DNA of 63,173 bases, the filler included. It is 6 parts of 6 records of this genome, joined end to end, with 100 filler letters (N's around TTAATTAATTAA, not from the genome) between each part and the next. Parts side by side here need not be neighbours in the genome. Positions count along the whole stretch, not along the records: positions 36,529 to 57,691 come from DRR378314_1082; positions 57,792 to 63,173 come from DRR378314_1103; 4 more parts are not named here. One strand, written 5' to 3'. Under the pieces are notes generated by a model, which searched no databases, was not told the origin of the DNA, and saw only the letters and a list, made by a program, of their open reading frames with translations. Both the position numbers and the translations under genes were made by a program. This document shows positions 53,046 through 63,173 of the stretch, one piece after another (position 1 is the first letter of the stretch; every line of letters starts with the position of its first letter).

Positions 53046-54974
53046 ATGACCAACTTCCAGAATCGTTCCACCGCTGGGCCAACGACAGAGAATCGATGGA
53101 TGCGATGGTGTGCATTTTGGATGATGGCTTTGGTATTGCTCTGGGCCGCCCCGTTGCGCGCTCAGGATGAGATCATCAAGAGCCATGGGTATAATTTCTA
53201 TGGTGAGTTGTCCTACCCGGCGGATTTTTCGCATTTGGGGTATGTTAACCCTGACGCCCCCAAAGGGGGCGAGATCTCAATCGCTTTTGTTGGCACGCTT
53301 GATTCGATGAACCCCTATTCGGGGAAAGGGCGCGCCCATCTGTTTTCGGTTTTCGGCTATGAAAGCCTTCTGGCAGAAGCTCCGTCAGGGGAATCTGTGC
53401 CGGCGGATGTCTATGGCGAATACTATTGCTTGCTTTGTGAAACTGTTGAGTATCCGGCGGATAAATCATGGGTCATTTTCCATATGCGGCCTGAGGCAAG
53501 GTTTTCCGACGGCACACCGGTCACCGCACATGACATCGCCTTTTCTCACAACCTGTTACTTGACGAGGGGCTGAAGTCCTATGCGGATGCGGTACGCAAA
53601 CGTATCCCCAAGGTGGAAGTGATTGATGATCTGACCATCAAATTCTATTTCGCCGACGGCATTTCCCGCCGCAGCTTGATCGAAAGCGTGGGCGGCGTAC
53701 CGGCCTGGCCCAGAGCGTGGTTTGAAAAAACCGGTCTGGGCCTCAAGGATACCTGGATCGAGAACCCTCCCGGCTCTGGTGCTTACAAAGTCGGGAGTGT
53801 CGATATGACCCGTCGTATCGTTTTGGAACGAAACCCAGAGTATTGGGGACGCGATTTGCCGATCAACAAGGGCCGGCATAACTTTGATCGGATCAGGCTG
53901 GAAATTTTCAGTGACGATACGGCAGCATTCGAAGCTTTCAAAGCTGGCGAATATACCTTTCGGCGCGAAGGCGATTCAAAGAAATGGGCGACAGGATATG
54001 ATTTCCCCAAGGTGCAGAGCGGGTATATTGTCCGCGAGGAACTGCCAGATGGTGCACCTGCAACCTCATCAGGGATCATTTTCAACCTGAATTCCGAGAA
54101 CCTGAAAGATCGCCGGGTGCGCGAAGCGGTGGCGCTGGCCTTTAACTTCGAATGGACGAATGAGTCCCTGCAATACGGGCTGTTCAAACAACGCGCCTCA
54201 TTCAGTCAGGATACGCCTGTGATGGCTCGGGGCGCGCCCGAGGGGGCAGAGCTTGCCCTGCTGAAAAGCCTTGGCGATGTGATTGCGCCGGAAATGCTGA
54301 CAACTGAGGCGCGCGTGCCGCATACCTCAAATGCCAAGTCCCTGCGTGACCGTCGCAATGTGCGCGCGGCTGGCAAGCTGCTGGAAGAGGCAGGCTGGAC
54401 AGTAGTGAACGGCAAGCGGGTCAATGCCGAAGGGAAACCCCTGCGCCTGAACTTCCTGTTTGATTCCGCCAGTTCGCCCACCGGTACCGCGGTGATCGAG
54501 AATTTTGTGGCAAACCTTCAGACCTTTGGTGTCGATGTCGTGTTGGAAAAGGTTGATAGCTCGCAGTACACCGCCCGTGAACGGGACCGCGACTATGACC
54601 TGTTGTTCGAAAGCTATCCGGCCATGTTGGGCACCGGTGCAGGTCTGCGCCAGTACTTTGGGTCCGAGGCCGCGGCCTTTTCCCTGTTCAATCCGGCAGG
54701 GGTGGCCAGCCCGATGGTAGATGCCATCATTGAGGCTTCACTGAACGCTGAAACCCGCGAAGAAGAAAATGCGGCCATGATGGCACTGGATCGGGCATTG
54801 CGCCACGAATTCATCATGATCCCGGTTTGGTACAAACAAAACCATTGGACCGCCTATTACGATCAGTACGAACACCCGGAAGGGCAGCCGCCCTATGCGC
54901 TGGGTTATCTTGACTGGTGGTGGTTCAATTCCGAAAAAGCAGCGGCGCTTAAGGCCGCTGGCGCGCTGAGGTAA
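53046..54974 (+). CDS. yejA: ABC peptide transporter substrate-binding protein (start uncertain)
   Basis: [38 protein letters not shown]. Confidence 0.88.
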   Translation: MTNFQNRSTAGPTTENRWMRWCAFWMMALVLLWAAPLRAQDEIIKSHGYNFYGELSYPADFSHLGYVNPDAPKGGEISIAFVGTLDSMNPYSGKGRAHLFSVFGYESLLAEAPSGESVPADVYGEYYCLLCETVEYPADKSWVIFHMRPEARFSDGTPVTAHDIAFSHNLLLDEGLKSYADAVRKRIPKVEVIDDLTIKFYFADGISRRSLIESVGGVPAWPRAWFEKTGLGLKDTWIENPPGSGAYKVGSVDMTRRIVLERNPEYWGRDLPINKGRHNFDRIRLEIFSDDTAAFEAFKAGEYTFRREGDSKKWATGYDFPKVQSGYIVREELPDGAPATSSGIIFNLNSENLKDRRVREAVALAFNFEWTNESLQYGLFKQRASFSQDTPVMARGAPEGAELALLKSLGDVIAPEMLTTEARVPHTSNAKSLRDRRNVRAAGKLLEEAGWTVVNGKRVNAEGKPLRLNFLFDSASSPTGTAVIENFVANLQTFGVDVVLEKVDSSQYTARERDRDYDLLFESYPAMLGTGAGLRQYFGSEAAAFSLFNPAGVASPMVDAIIEASLNAETREEENAAMMALDRALRHEFIMIPVWYKQNHWTAYYDQYEHPEGQPPYALGYLDWWWFNSEKAAALKAAGALR

Positions 54975-54984
54975 CGACTCCCCC

Positions 54985-56076
54985 ATGGGCGCCTATATCC
55001 TTCGACGATTGTTATTGATCATTCCAACCCTGCTGGGGATCATGCTGATTAACTTTGCGCTGGTGCAGTTTGTACCAGGTGGTCCGGTGGAGCAGGCGAT
55101 TGCCCGTGCGCAGGGCGGTGGCGATGTTTTTGGCGGGTTTTCCGGCAGTAATAATGACGGCGGTGCTGACCCGCTGAACAATGCTTCTGACAGTACCTAC
55201 ATCGGCGCACGCGGCCTACCGCCGGAATTTATCGAAGAGCTTGAGAAAGAATTCGGGTTCGACAAACCGCCGGTTGAGCGTTTTGTGAACATGCTGTGGA
55301 ACTACGTCCGTTTTGATTTCGGGGAGAGTTACTTCCGCTCTATTTCGGTGATTGATCTGATCAAGGAAAAACTGCCGGTGTCGATCACACTGGGGCTATG
55401 GTCGACCTTGATTGCCTATCTGGTGTCGATCCCGCTGGGCATCCGCAAGGCGGTGCGCGATGGCTCGCGATTTGACACATGGACCTCGGGTGCGATCATT
55501 GCCGCCTATGCGATCCCCGGTTTCCTCTTTGCGATCCTGTTGCTGGTGATGTTCGCAGGCGGGTCATATTGGCAGATTTTCCCGCTGCGCGGCCTGACAT
55601 CGGATAACTTCGACCAGCTCAGCCTGTTGGGTAAAATCGGTGACTACTTCTGGCACATCACCCTGCCGGTGCTGGCCTCTACCATCAGCGCATTTGCTAC
55701 GCTGACCTTACTGACGAAGAACAGTTTTCTGGACGAGATCAAGAAACACTATGTCATGACCGCCCGCGCAAAGGGACTGTCAGAACGTGCGGTGCTTTAC
55801 GGCCATGTATTCCGCAACGCCATGTTGATCGTGATTGCCGGATTCCCGGCGGTGTTCATCGGCGTGTTCTTTGGCGGGTCGTTGATCATTGAAACGATTT
55901 TCAGCCTTGATGGATTGGGCCGGCTGGGGTTTGAGGCGGCGGTGGCGCGCGACTACCCAATTGTATTCGGCACCCTGTTCATTTTTGGCCTGATCGGGCT
56001 GGTTGTTGGTATCCTGTCCGACCTGATGTATGTGCTGGTTGATCCACGGATTGATTTCGAGCGGAGGGAAGGTTGA
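54985..56076 (+). CDS. yejB: ABC transporter permease
   Basis: [33 protein letters not shown]. Confidence 0.93.
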   Translation: MGAYILRRLLLIIPTLLGIMLINFALVQFVPGGPVEQAIARAQGGGDVFGGFSGSNNDGGADPLNNASDSTYIGARGLPPEFIEELEKEFGFDKPPVERFVNMLWNYVRFDFGESYFRSISVIDLIKEKLPVSITLGLWSTLIAYLVSIPLGIRKAVRDGSRFDTWTSGAIIAAYAIPGFLFAILLLVMFAGGSYWQIFPLRGLTSDNFDQLSLLGKIGDYFWHITLPVLASTISAFATLTLLTKNSFLDEIKKHYVMTARAKGLSERAVLYGHVFRNAMLIVIAGFPAVFIGVFFGGSLIIETIFSLDGLGRLGFEAAVARDYPIVFGTLFIFGLIGLVVGILSDLMYVLVDPRIDFERREG

Positions 56077-57182
56077 TGGCCCTGTCACCGCTTAATCAAC
56101 GCCGTTGGCGCAATTTCACACGCAACCGCCGCGCCTATTGGAGCCTGTGGATTTTCGCCATCCTGTTCGGCATTTCCCTGTTTGCGGAATTTGTGGCCAA
56201 CGACAAGCCGATCCTCGTGAACTATCGCGGCGGATATTATACCCCGATTTTCAACTTCTACCCCGAAACCGCGTTTGGCGGCGATTTCCAGACCGAAGCG
56301 GTGTACCGCGATCCAGAGGTGAAATGCCTGATCGCGACCGGTGGTCTGGATCTGTGTTTCGATGATCCAGATGCCTATATCGAGGATGCGCAGGACGGTG
56401 TGATCGAGGGTGAGGAGATCAGCAAAGGCTGGGCGATCTGGCCGATCATCCCCTATTCCTTCAACACCGCCGTTGACCGCCCCGGTGCTGCCCCTCTGCC
56501 GCCAAATGGGCAGAACTGGCTGGGTACCGATGGCACCAAACGCGATGTTATGGCGCGGGTCATCCACGGCTTCCGACTGTCAATCATGTTTACCCTGATT
56601 GTCACCGGCCTTGCCTCGCTGATTGGGGTGATCGCGGGGGCGGTGCAGGGGTTCTTTGGCGGCTGGGTTGATCTGATCTTTCAGCGGGTGATCGAAATCT
56701 GGTCTTCCACCCCGTCGCTTTATGTCATCATCATCATGTTTGCGATTTTAGGGCGCAGTTTCTGGCTGCTTGTGTTCCTGTTGGTGCTGTTCAGCTGGAC
56801 ATCCCTTGTGGGTGTGGTGCGGGCTGAATTCCTGCGCGCGCGCAACCTTGAATATGTCCGTGCCGCCCGGGCACTGGGTGTCAGCAACGTCACAATCATG
56901 TTCCGCCATATGCTGCCCAATGCCATGGTGGCGATGCTGACGATGCTGCCGTTCATCATCACCGGTACAATCAGCACATTGGCGATCCTTGATTTTCTCG
57001 GCTTTGGTTTGCCATCCTCGGCACCCTCCCTGGGAGAGCTGACCTTGCAGGCGAAACAGAACCTGCAAGCGCCGTGGCTTGCCTTCACCGCCTTCTTTAC
57101 CTTTGCGATCATGCTGTCGCTCTTGGTGTTCATCTTTGAGGGCATCCGCGATGCCTTTGATCCGCGAAAGACGTTTTCCTGA
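56076..57182 (+). CDS. yejE: ABC transporter permease
   Basis: LSPLNQRRW, ANDKP, EYVRAARALG, DAFDPRK. Confidence 0.93.
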   Translation: MALSPLNQRRWRNFTRNRRAYWSLWIFAILFGISLFAEFVANDKPILVNYRGGYYTPIFNFYPETAFGGDFQTEAVYRDPEVKCLIATGGLDLCFDDPDAYIEDAQDGVIEGEEISKGWAIWPIIPYSFNTAVDRPGAAPLPPNGQNWLGTDGTKRDVMARVIHGFRLSIMFTLIVTGLASLIGVIAGAVQGFFGGWVDLIFQRVIEIWSSTPSLYVIIIMFAILGRSFWLLVFLLVLFSWTSLVGVVRAEFLRARNLEYVRAARALGVSNVTIMFRHMLPNAMVAMLTMLPFIITGTISTLAILDFLGFGLPSSAPSLGELTLQAKQNLQAPWLAFTAFFTFAIMLSLLVFIFEGIRDAFDPRKTFS

Positions 57183-57691
57183 TGCCGCTGCTAGAAGTCA
57201 AAGACCTGCGTGTGGGGTTCCGCCAGGATGGCAAGCTGTCCGAGGCGGTCAAAGGTGTCAGCTTTCACGTAGAGCGGGGCGAAACCGTGGCGCTGGTGGG
57301 GGAATCCGGGTCCGGTAAATCCGTATCGGCGCTTTCAACCGTGTCCTTGCTGGGCGACAGTGCCGAAGTGTCGGGCTCTGTCACCTATGACGGGCAACAG
57401 ATGATCGGGGCGGATGATGCGCTGCTGCGCAAGGTGCGGGGCAATGACATCAGTTTCATTTTTCAGGAACCGATGACCTCCTTGAATCCGCTGCACACCA
57501 TCGAAAAGCAGCTGGGCGAAAGCCTTGCCCTGCATCAGGGGCTTGTCGGTGCCACGGCCCGCAGCCGCATTCTGGAGCTGCTGGAACAGGTCGGGATCAA
57601 CGATGCCGAAAGTCGGCTGGGTGCCTATCCGCATCAGCTGTCCGGCGGGCAACGTCAGCGTGTGATGATTGCCATGGCGCTGGCGAATAAG
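57182..57691 (+). CDS. yejF: ABC transporter ATP-binding protein, 5' fragment
   Basis: GESGSGKS, FQEPMTSLNP, LSGGQRQRVMIAMAL; truncated by the spacer. Confidence 0.9.
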
Positions 57692-57791
57692 NNNNNNNNN
57701 NNNNNNNNNNNNNNNNNNNNNNNNNNNNNNNNNNNTTAATTAATTAANNNNNNNNNNNNNNNNNNNNNNNNNNNNNNNNNNNNNNNNNNNN
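57692..57791. other. Artificial contig spacer (bacterium to eukaryote junction)
   Basis: N-TTAATTAATTAA-N, 100 bp. Confidence 0.99.
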
Positions 57792-57884
57792 GACGCGTAA
57801 AGCATCATCGTGGCACAGGTCATTAGCGCGCGGTTTGGTGTTTCACCCACACGGCCAGTGAGCTCCGCACAACGCACTCCGCAC

Positions 57885-58872
57885 GCGTGATCGCCGCCGC
57901 TGCGCATGACGTCCACGAGCGCGGCGAGCTCAGCGGCCGCACGAATCGGGTCATCTGCAAAATACAACATAGAATACAACATGTGTAGATCATTCAATAT
58001 CCATTATGGTGATAAGGTCGCGAAAAAGAAATTCTCAGAACGGGAACGGGAGATGCTACTCGGGGACTTGCACAAACGTCAGCAGCTACAGGGAAGCAGC
58101 GACTGCACTCCACTGTCTTGTATCGTACCTTCCGCTCCTTCAACTGCCTCGATGAGAGCCCGATCTCCACCAGCTATGAGATAGTGCACTGCGTCTAGAA
58201 ACAAAAAAAAATCAATAGCGTGATCGTATTGCGATTGAAGAAGGAAAATGAGCGCCGAAGCGCAGAGAGCGAAAGGCAAACGCGGGAACAGCAGTTGAGC
58301 GCGACAGGTGTCGGGAACACGAGCGATTCCCCGGTCGCGACAGCAAACGCACACGCGGTGCGCACAGCACGTACCGTATGTGAATCCGCACGTTTCGCGC
58401 AACGCGCGATTAGCTGAACGAGCGAACATGAACGCAAGTCGACCTGCAGAGCGAGCAACAAGCACAATTGTCCGCGAGAAGCGTAAGAGCGCAGCGCTTG
58501 CCTTGGGAGGGATAGGGACATTGCTCCCGCACCGCCAGTTGCAGGAAAGCGACTCGAGCAATGTCCGCGCTTGCTCACTACATGCCACTCATACGCAGAA
58601 GCGATCTTACCACTCGTTCCAGCGCCGGAGATAACAACAAAAGGACGTTTTCCCTCGCGGAATAGCTGCAGAGTCCGCTGCATTGCATGGAAGAGCTCGG
58701 CGAGCTGCGCCCTCGCTGCCGGCGATGCAAGACTGAACACCTCGCTGTCCTCACTATCAGAGAAAAGCTCGTCCGTATCGACGCGCGCAAGGAGTTCCGC
58801 AATCTCCTCAGCAGAAGCTTCATCTATACACATTGTGTGCTGATTTTCGCGCTCTGTAAAGGGTCGTTCCAT
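57885..58872 (-). CDS. Glucokinase regulatory protein-like SIS-domain protein (GCKR/MurQ family); first 4 exons, truncated by the contig end
   Basis: Spliced peptide: TERENQHTMCIDEA..VVISGAGTS/GRLAFMFARSANRAL../DAVHYLIAGGDRALIEAVEGAE/DDPIRAAAEL. Confidence 0.82.
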
Positions 58873-59640
58873 CACCGTAAAAGCGAAATCGCTACTTCAA
58901 CTAGCTTGGCTACGACGGTCAAACACTGCAGCACCGCAAAGCGTTGCTCAAAAGCACGAGCGCGCAACTCCTGATGCTCACGCTCTCTGACGCGCAGAAC
59001 AGCGGGGACTCGAAAGAAATCGGTAAGAAAAATGAACAATATTTGGCCACGTAAACCGCAGAAATTCTAGGGCGCGAAGCCACAGATCGTTCTCTTGCGT
59101 GGTGCAAGCGCAGGTCGACACGAGCTGTGCGCGCGAAATGACGAGCACGTGGAGAGCAACGCGCGAGCGAGCGACCACTCTCGGTAGGGCTGCCGGAGAA
59201 TATTTCGGTTAGGTAACAAGGTCAAACTTACTATATTCCTCCTTTCTATACAATCGCTATTGTATATTTCCATTAAACCTTCCGCGCGAGAACACAGCGG
59301 AGCCAGGGCGCGCGTCGAAGCAGCTGAAGCTTTCGCGCCCGACTCGCGCGCCTTGCACAGGACGGGTCAGAGCGCACTGTTTCCACGGTGCGGTGCTGCG
59401 CACGTCTGCCTGCCCCGGCTCTGTGTCGTGTGAGAGAAGGAACCCGGTTCTTACCAGAGAGTGAGAGCAACTCTTGCACACGGGTGCCACGGTGCGACTA
59501 CCGGGGAATAAGCCCGTGTGTAAACGGTGTCCGAGCGCTCGCCGGCGGACAAGGGCGCGCAGGGGGCCTTGCAGGTGCGGCGCGCCGCCCCGACCTGACC
59601 GCGCCGAGCCACCTGCCGCGTGCGGGCTGCCGCTGCAGCC

Positions 59641-62600
59641 ATGGCCGACGACAGCAAAGCGGCGAAAATGATTGCGCAGGAGGAAATGAGGTACGTCAAT
59701 CAACAGGCGACCACACTTCAGCGCGCGTTTTCGTCTCCTTCCTTCTACGCCGTTGCGCGCGCGTGTGCCTCGGTGCGTCGCTGCGCAAGGCGCGAGCGCG
59801 TGTGACGCGGTGGTGTATCTCCACACGCTACGGCTCACCAGTCGAGCCGTGTAGGGGCTTCTGTGAAGGCGGACGTGTACGCACTCGTGATATGGATTCA
59901 CCCACACGAACGTATACATCATGCGCAAATCATTTTATGTTTTGTAGGCGGTCGAAGCGTCGTCGTACGGCCCCGAAACTTGGCGACTTTGCTCCAGGTC
60001 CGTCGCGCTGCCCGTGGGCTCGCTCCTCCGCGCTCTCTGAACGGCGCACATTTTCTTCCTGACCGCGCTCTTCCAGAACCCCTCTCGTGGGTATGATTGT
60101 AATCGAGTGCGTGTATGCTAAGGTTTCTATGCACTTGTGTTCTGCATGCGTATCTACGTGGGACGTGTTGGCATGGAAGGATCGGGATCGTTGACAAAGC
60201 GCGAGAGGCGGCGCGGCGCGCAGTTCCACTGCAACTACTGCAACCGCGACATATCGGGCTGCATTCGCATCAAGTGCGGTACGTGACCTGTGCATTCGGA
60301 ACGCGTGCGGTCCCATTGCTACACACGCCATGCTTGTACGTGTGGATCGTGTGAGCAATCGGCGCGGTCCTCCACCGGAACCTCTGCCTATCGCGTATGT
60401 TGCTGTTTTCACCACTGTTCGAAGTTTTCCAAAGCGGTGCAGCCAGTCTTGGTCGCCAGCTTTCCCCTTGACGCGAAATTGACACAATCCGCCTCCCCTA
60501 TCCTCTCCTTTGCCCAATGCCGCGCACGAATATCACAGCGGAATGCAGTGACTTCGATCTGTGTATAGACTGTTTCAGCGTTGGAGCTGAAATCACGCCA
60601 CACCGCAAAACGCACGCGTACCGCGTGATTGACAACATGCACGACCCGATTTTCGAGCTCGGGTGGGGAGCGGACGAAGAGCTTCTCCTCCTCGAAGGTG
60701 CGCGAAAAGGCGCGCCGTGACATTTACTGCGATATAAATGGGACAGTGATAGTTAGTCATGAGTAAGTGCCTTTGGGAAACACGCAAGTTGAAGAATCGG
60801 AGAGCTGGAGGTTCTCTTCGTTCGAGTTCCTTGTGTTGTCTCCTCCGCTGTTATTGAACCTCGTTGTTGGTTGTTCTCGACGACGATGTGCTGATCTCAC
60901 ACGCGAACTCGTGCACGTTCGGCCTTTTGTCCCAAATTATGCTGCGCTGGTTCTTGCTGCCCAGGGATCGAAATGTACGGACTGGGGAACTGGCTGGACA
61001 TATCCGAGCATGTTGGGCGACACTCGGCCGAGGAATGCAAATCGCACTACTTCCGCGTTTTCATCGACTCGCAAACGGGTCCTCTTCCGGTACGAACCGC
61101 AGCTTTGCGTCGAAGATCGCGGCGTCGCCGTGCTCGCGTAGCGGCGGAAGCATGTCGAGCGAGCACTGCATTTGCCTCTCCCTTGCTGCGGCAACGGAAG
61201 AGGGTTTGTTGAAATAGAAGACTCGTGAATGATCTCTCTACGAATCGGCGATATTCTCTGCTCTACAGTTGCTGCACGGCGAGAGCGCCCTTGTCGGCCA
61301 CGACCACAGAAGAACCAGAATACTATGGTACACTGTATTTGTGTGTATCGTGTATATATAGCCACGGAGTGCGCCTTGTGACGAAGTGGAGTATGTACGG
61401 TTGTGAGTTTGTTTGTTTCTTATACGTGTGTGTGTTCACGTCCCTGCTTTCTCTTCGGCCCTGCAGGACATGAGTAAACCTGCTCCCACTCCCGATCGCG
61501 CTGAAGAAGCCGAAACGGTAAAGATTGAGCCAGAAAGCGATCCAAAAGGCAACGAATCCGGGACATCCAAGTCGAAAGCCAAGGTCGATATGCGGAAAAA
61601 GAAGGGTAAACAGGCGGAGAAGTCTTCGTCAATGGTAAACGAAATCGGGTTTATGCCCAGACGTGGTGAATTCGATGTCGAGTGGGAGAATGACGCGGAA
61701 ATGATTCTCGCAGGTACGAACCGCGACGGAAACGGAGCTGAAACGCATCAGATCCGATACGACAAGCACTCGATGTTCGCCTCTGAATCCCTCCCTCTCC
61801 ATTGGATTCACTTGGACAGCGACACCAATGTCGTACTTGAATGGTGGCGACTTGTGAGAGGGGATTATGAAATATAGTTTTCCTCTTTTTTCTTAATCTG
61901 TTGTTGTTTGGAATCGCGAAGCGGAAGATCTGTGTTTGAAACTAGTGAACCGACTTACTCGTTTTGGTTCTCGTAACGAAACTATTTCTGATGGATAGTT
62001 CTTGCGTTCTTAATTACCTTCCTTAAGTGAATGATGTGACCTAGTGCTTTGTACTTTCCCATGTCCTTCGCGAATGCTTTGGAATTGTGTCGATTGATGT
62101 GTCGTTGTTGTCGCAGTTCATTTCCGTTCCATTGGTATGAGATCGTTATCGTTGATTTTCCTTCTTCTCTGCTACTTTCTCTTTACGGAAAAGCCACAGT
62201 GAAGACAGAGGTTACATCTATCGTTGAAGCGTATGGGAACCTGTTGTTTCAGCATAGAACGTATTTGAGCGGGAAGTTTGGTTGAACGCGGAGTGATGAA
62301 GCACGAACCTGAATCCAACAGGGCGGATGCTATGGTTCTTCTATATATTTGTTCAGAACGCAAATGCTTCTGTTTTCCACTCTCTCCACTGCGTTTTTGC
62401 TATTTCGTGTAGACGCGTTTTGTCGTTGGATTTTATTACTTTGTATTGGCATTGAGTATCCCTCTGTGTTGTCTCTTTCTCTTTCTCTAACCTGCTTCTA
62501 GATATGGAGTTTGAAGAATCCGACTCCATGGAAGATCGTGAACTCAAATTCCGCATCTTGGAAGTTTATAATTGGAAACTTGATGAACGAGCGAGAAGGA

Positions 62601-62750
62601 GAACGTTTTTGTTGAAACGCGGTTTAGTGGATGGAAAGAAAATGCTTCAACATGATCGACGAAGATCGAAGGAAGATCGAGAAATATACAATCAAATGCG
62701 CGTTTTCGCGCGTTTTCATTCTCATGCAGATCACGAGAAATTCGTTCAAG
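59641..62750 (+). CDS. ADA2: Transcriptional adapter ADA2 (SAGA); 7 exons visible, gene continues past the window
   Basis: ZZ finger HCNYCNRDI..IKC/AECSDFDLCIDCFSVG; SANT WGADEELLLLE/GIEMYGLGNW; GFMPRRGEFDVEWENDAE; LKFRILEVYN. Confidence 0.95.
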
Positions 62751-63173
62751 GTATGTTGACGCAGAAACACCTTCAGTGGCGCGATAAGGAGTTGTGGTAT
62801 AAAAAAAAAACTCTTTGTCGCTCGAGAGAAGGAAGGAGAAGGAAACAGTGAATGTCAGACGTTTCCGATTCGGCGTTGGAAAATACAATCTGTTCGTTTC
62901 CTGTTCGGTTCTCTCTTTTATTGTACTTTCTCCCTCTTCGACTTGCTGTCGTGGTCTCTGCATCCGTTCTGAACTTCCTTCGCGGGCAAAGGAGGAGTAG
63001 TTTCCTTTTGCTTTCTTTGGCTGCCGAATGTGGTCCGAATGTTTTTTCTTGGTCCTTATGCGTTGTATCTGCACCATCATTTCGGTTCCGTTTCCGAGAA
63101 AAGTGCGGCGAATGGTGATCGAATTTCGATCTCGCCTTCCACTTTCGCAAAGACAACGTTCACTCGCCCCTGC

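Overview
This window is not one continuous locus. It is six contigs joined by identical 100-bp artificial spacers (N44-TTAATTAATTAA-N44). Contigs 1 (1-9533), 2 (9634-22146) and 6 (57792-63173) are intron-rich nuclear DNA of a probably flagellated protist. They carry Phe-tRNA synthetase beta, a KNL2/M18BP1-like protein (CENP-C motif + SANT), RPF1, a LOG-family phosphoribohydrolase, an FHA/coiled-coil protein, IFT54, a GCKR-like SIS protein and ADA2; exon chains were reconstructed by hand from GT-AG sites and phase. Contigs 3 (22247-29615) and 5 (36529-57691) are Rhodobacteraceae (Roseobacter-like) core chromosome: ilvC, two Lrp genes, an aminotransferase, a Ubi hydroxylase, an MshEN-GT2, carA, bioMNY, trcR, ornithine decarboxylase, recR-ybaB-dnaX, SRP RNA, nudC, a class A beta-lactamase, pheA, cycM and yejABEF. 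Contig 4 (29716-36428) is bacterial accessory DNA: an IS6, an adjacent 189-bp IS6-type MITE, and AraC + two secreted DUF1254/DUF1214 paralogues + an outer-membrane protein. The best leads are that unknown-function envelope module, the MITE, a structured leader with Arg-rich uORFs before ornithine decarboxylase, and the protist KNL2-like and GCKR-like genes. All family assignments come from motif recognition; no database search was run.
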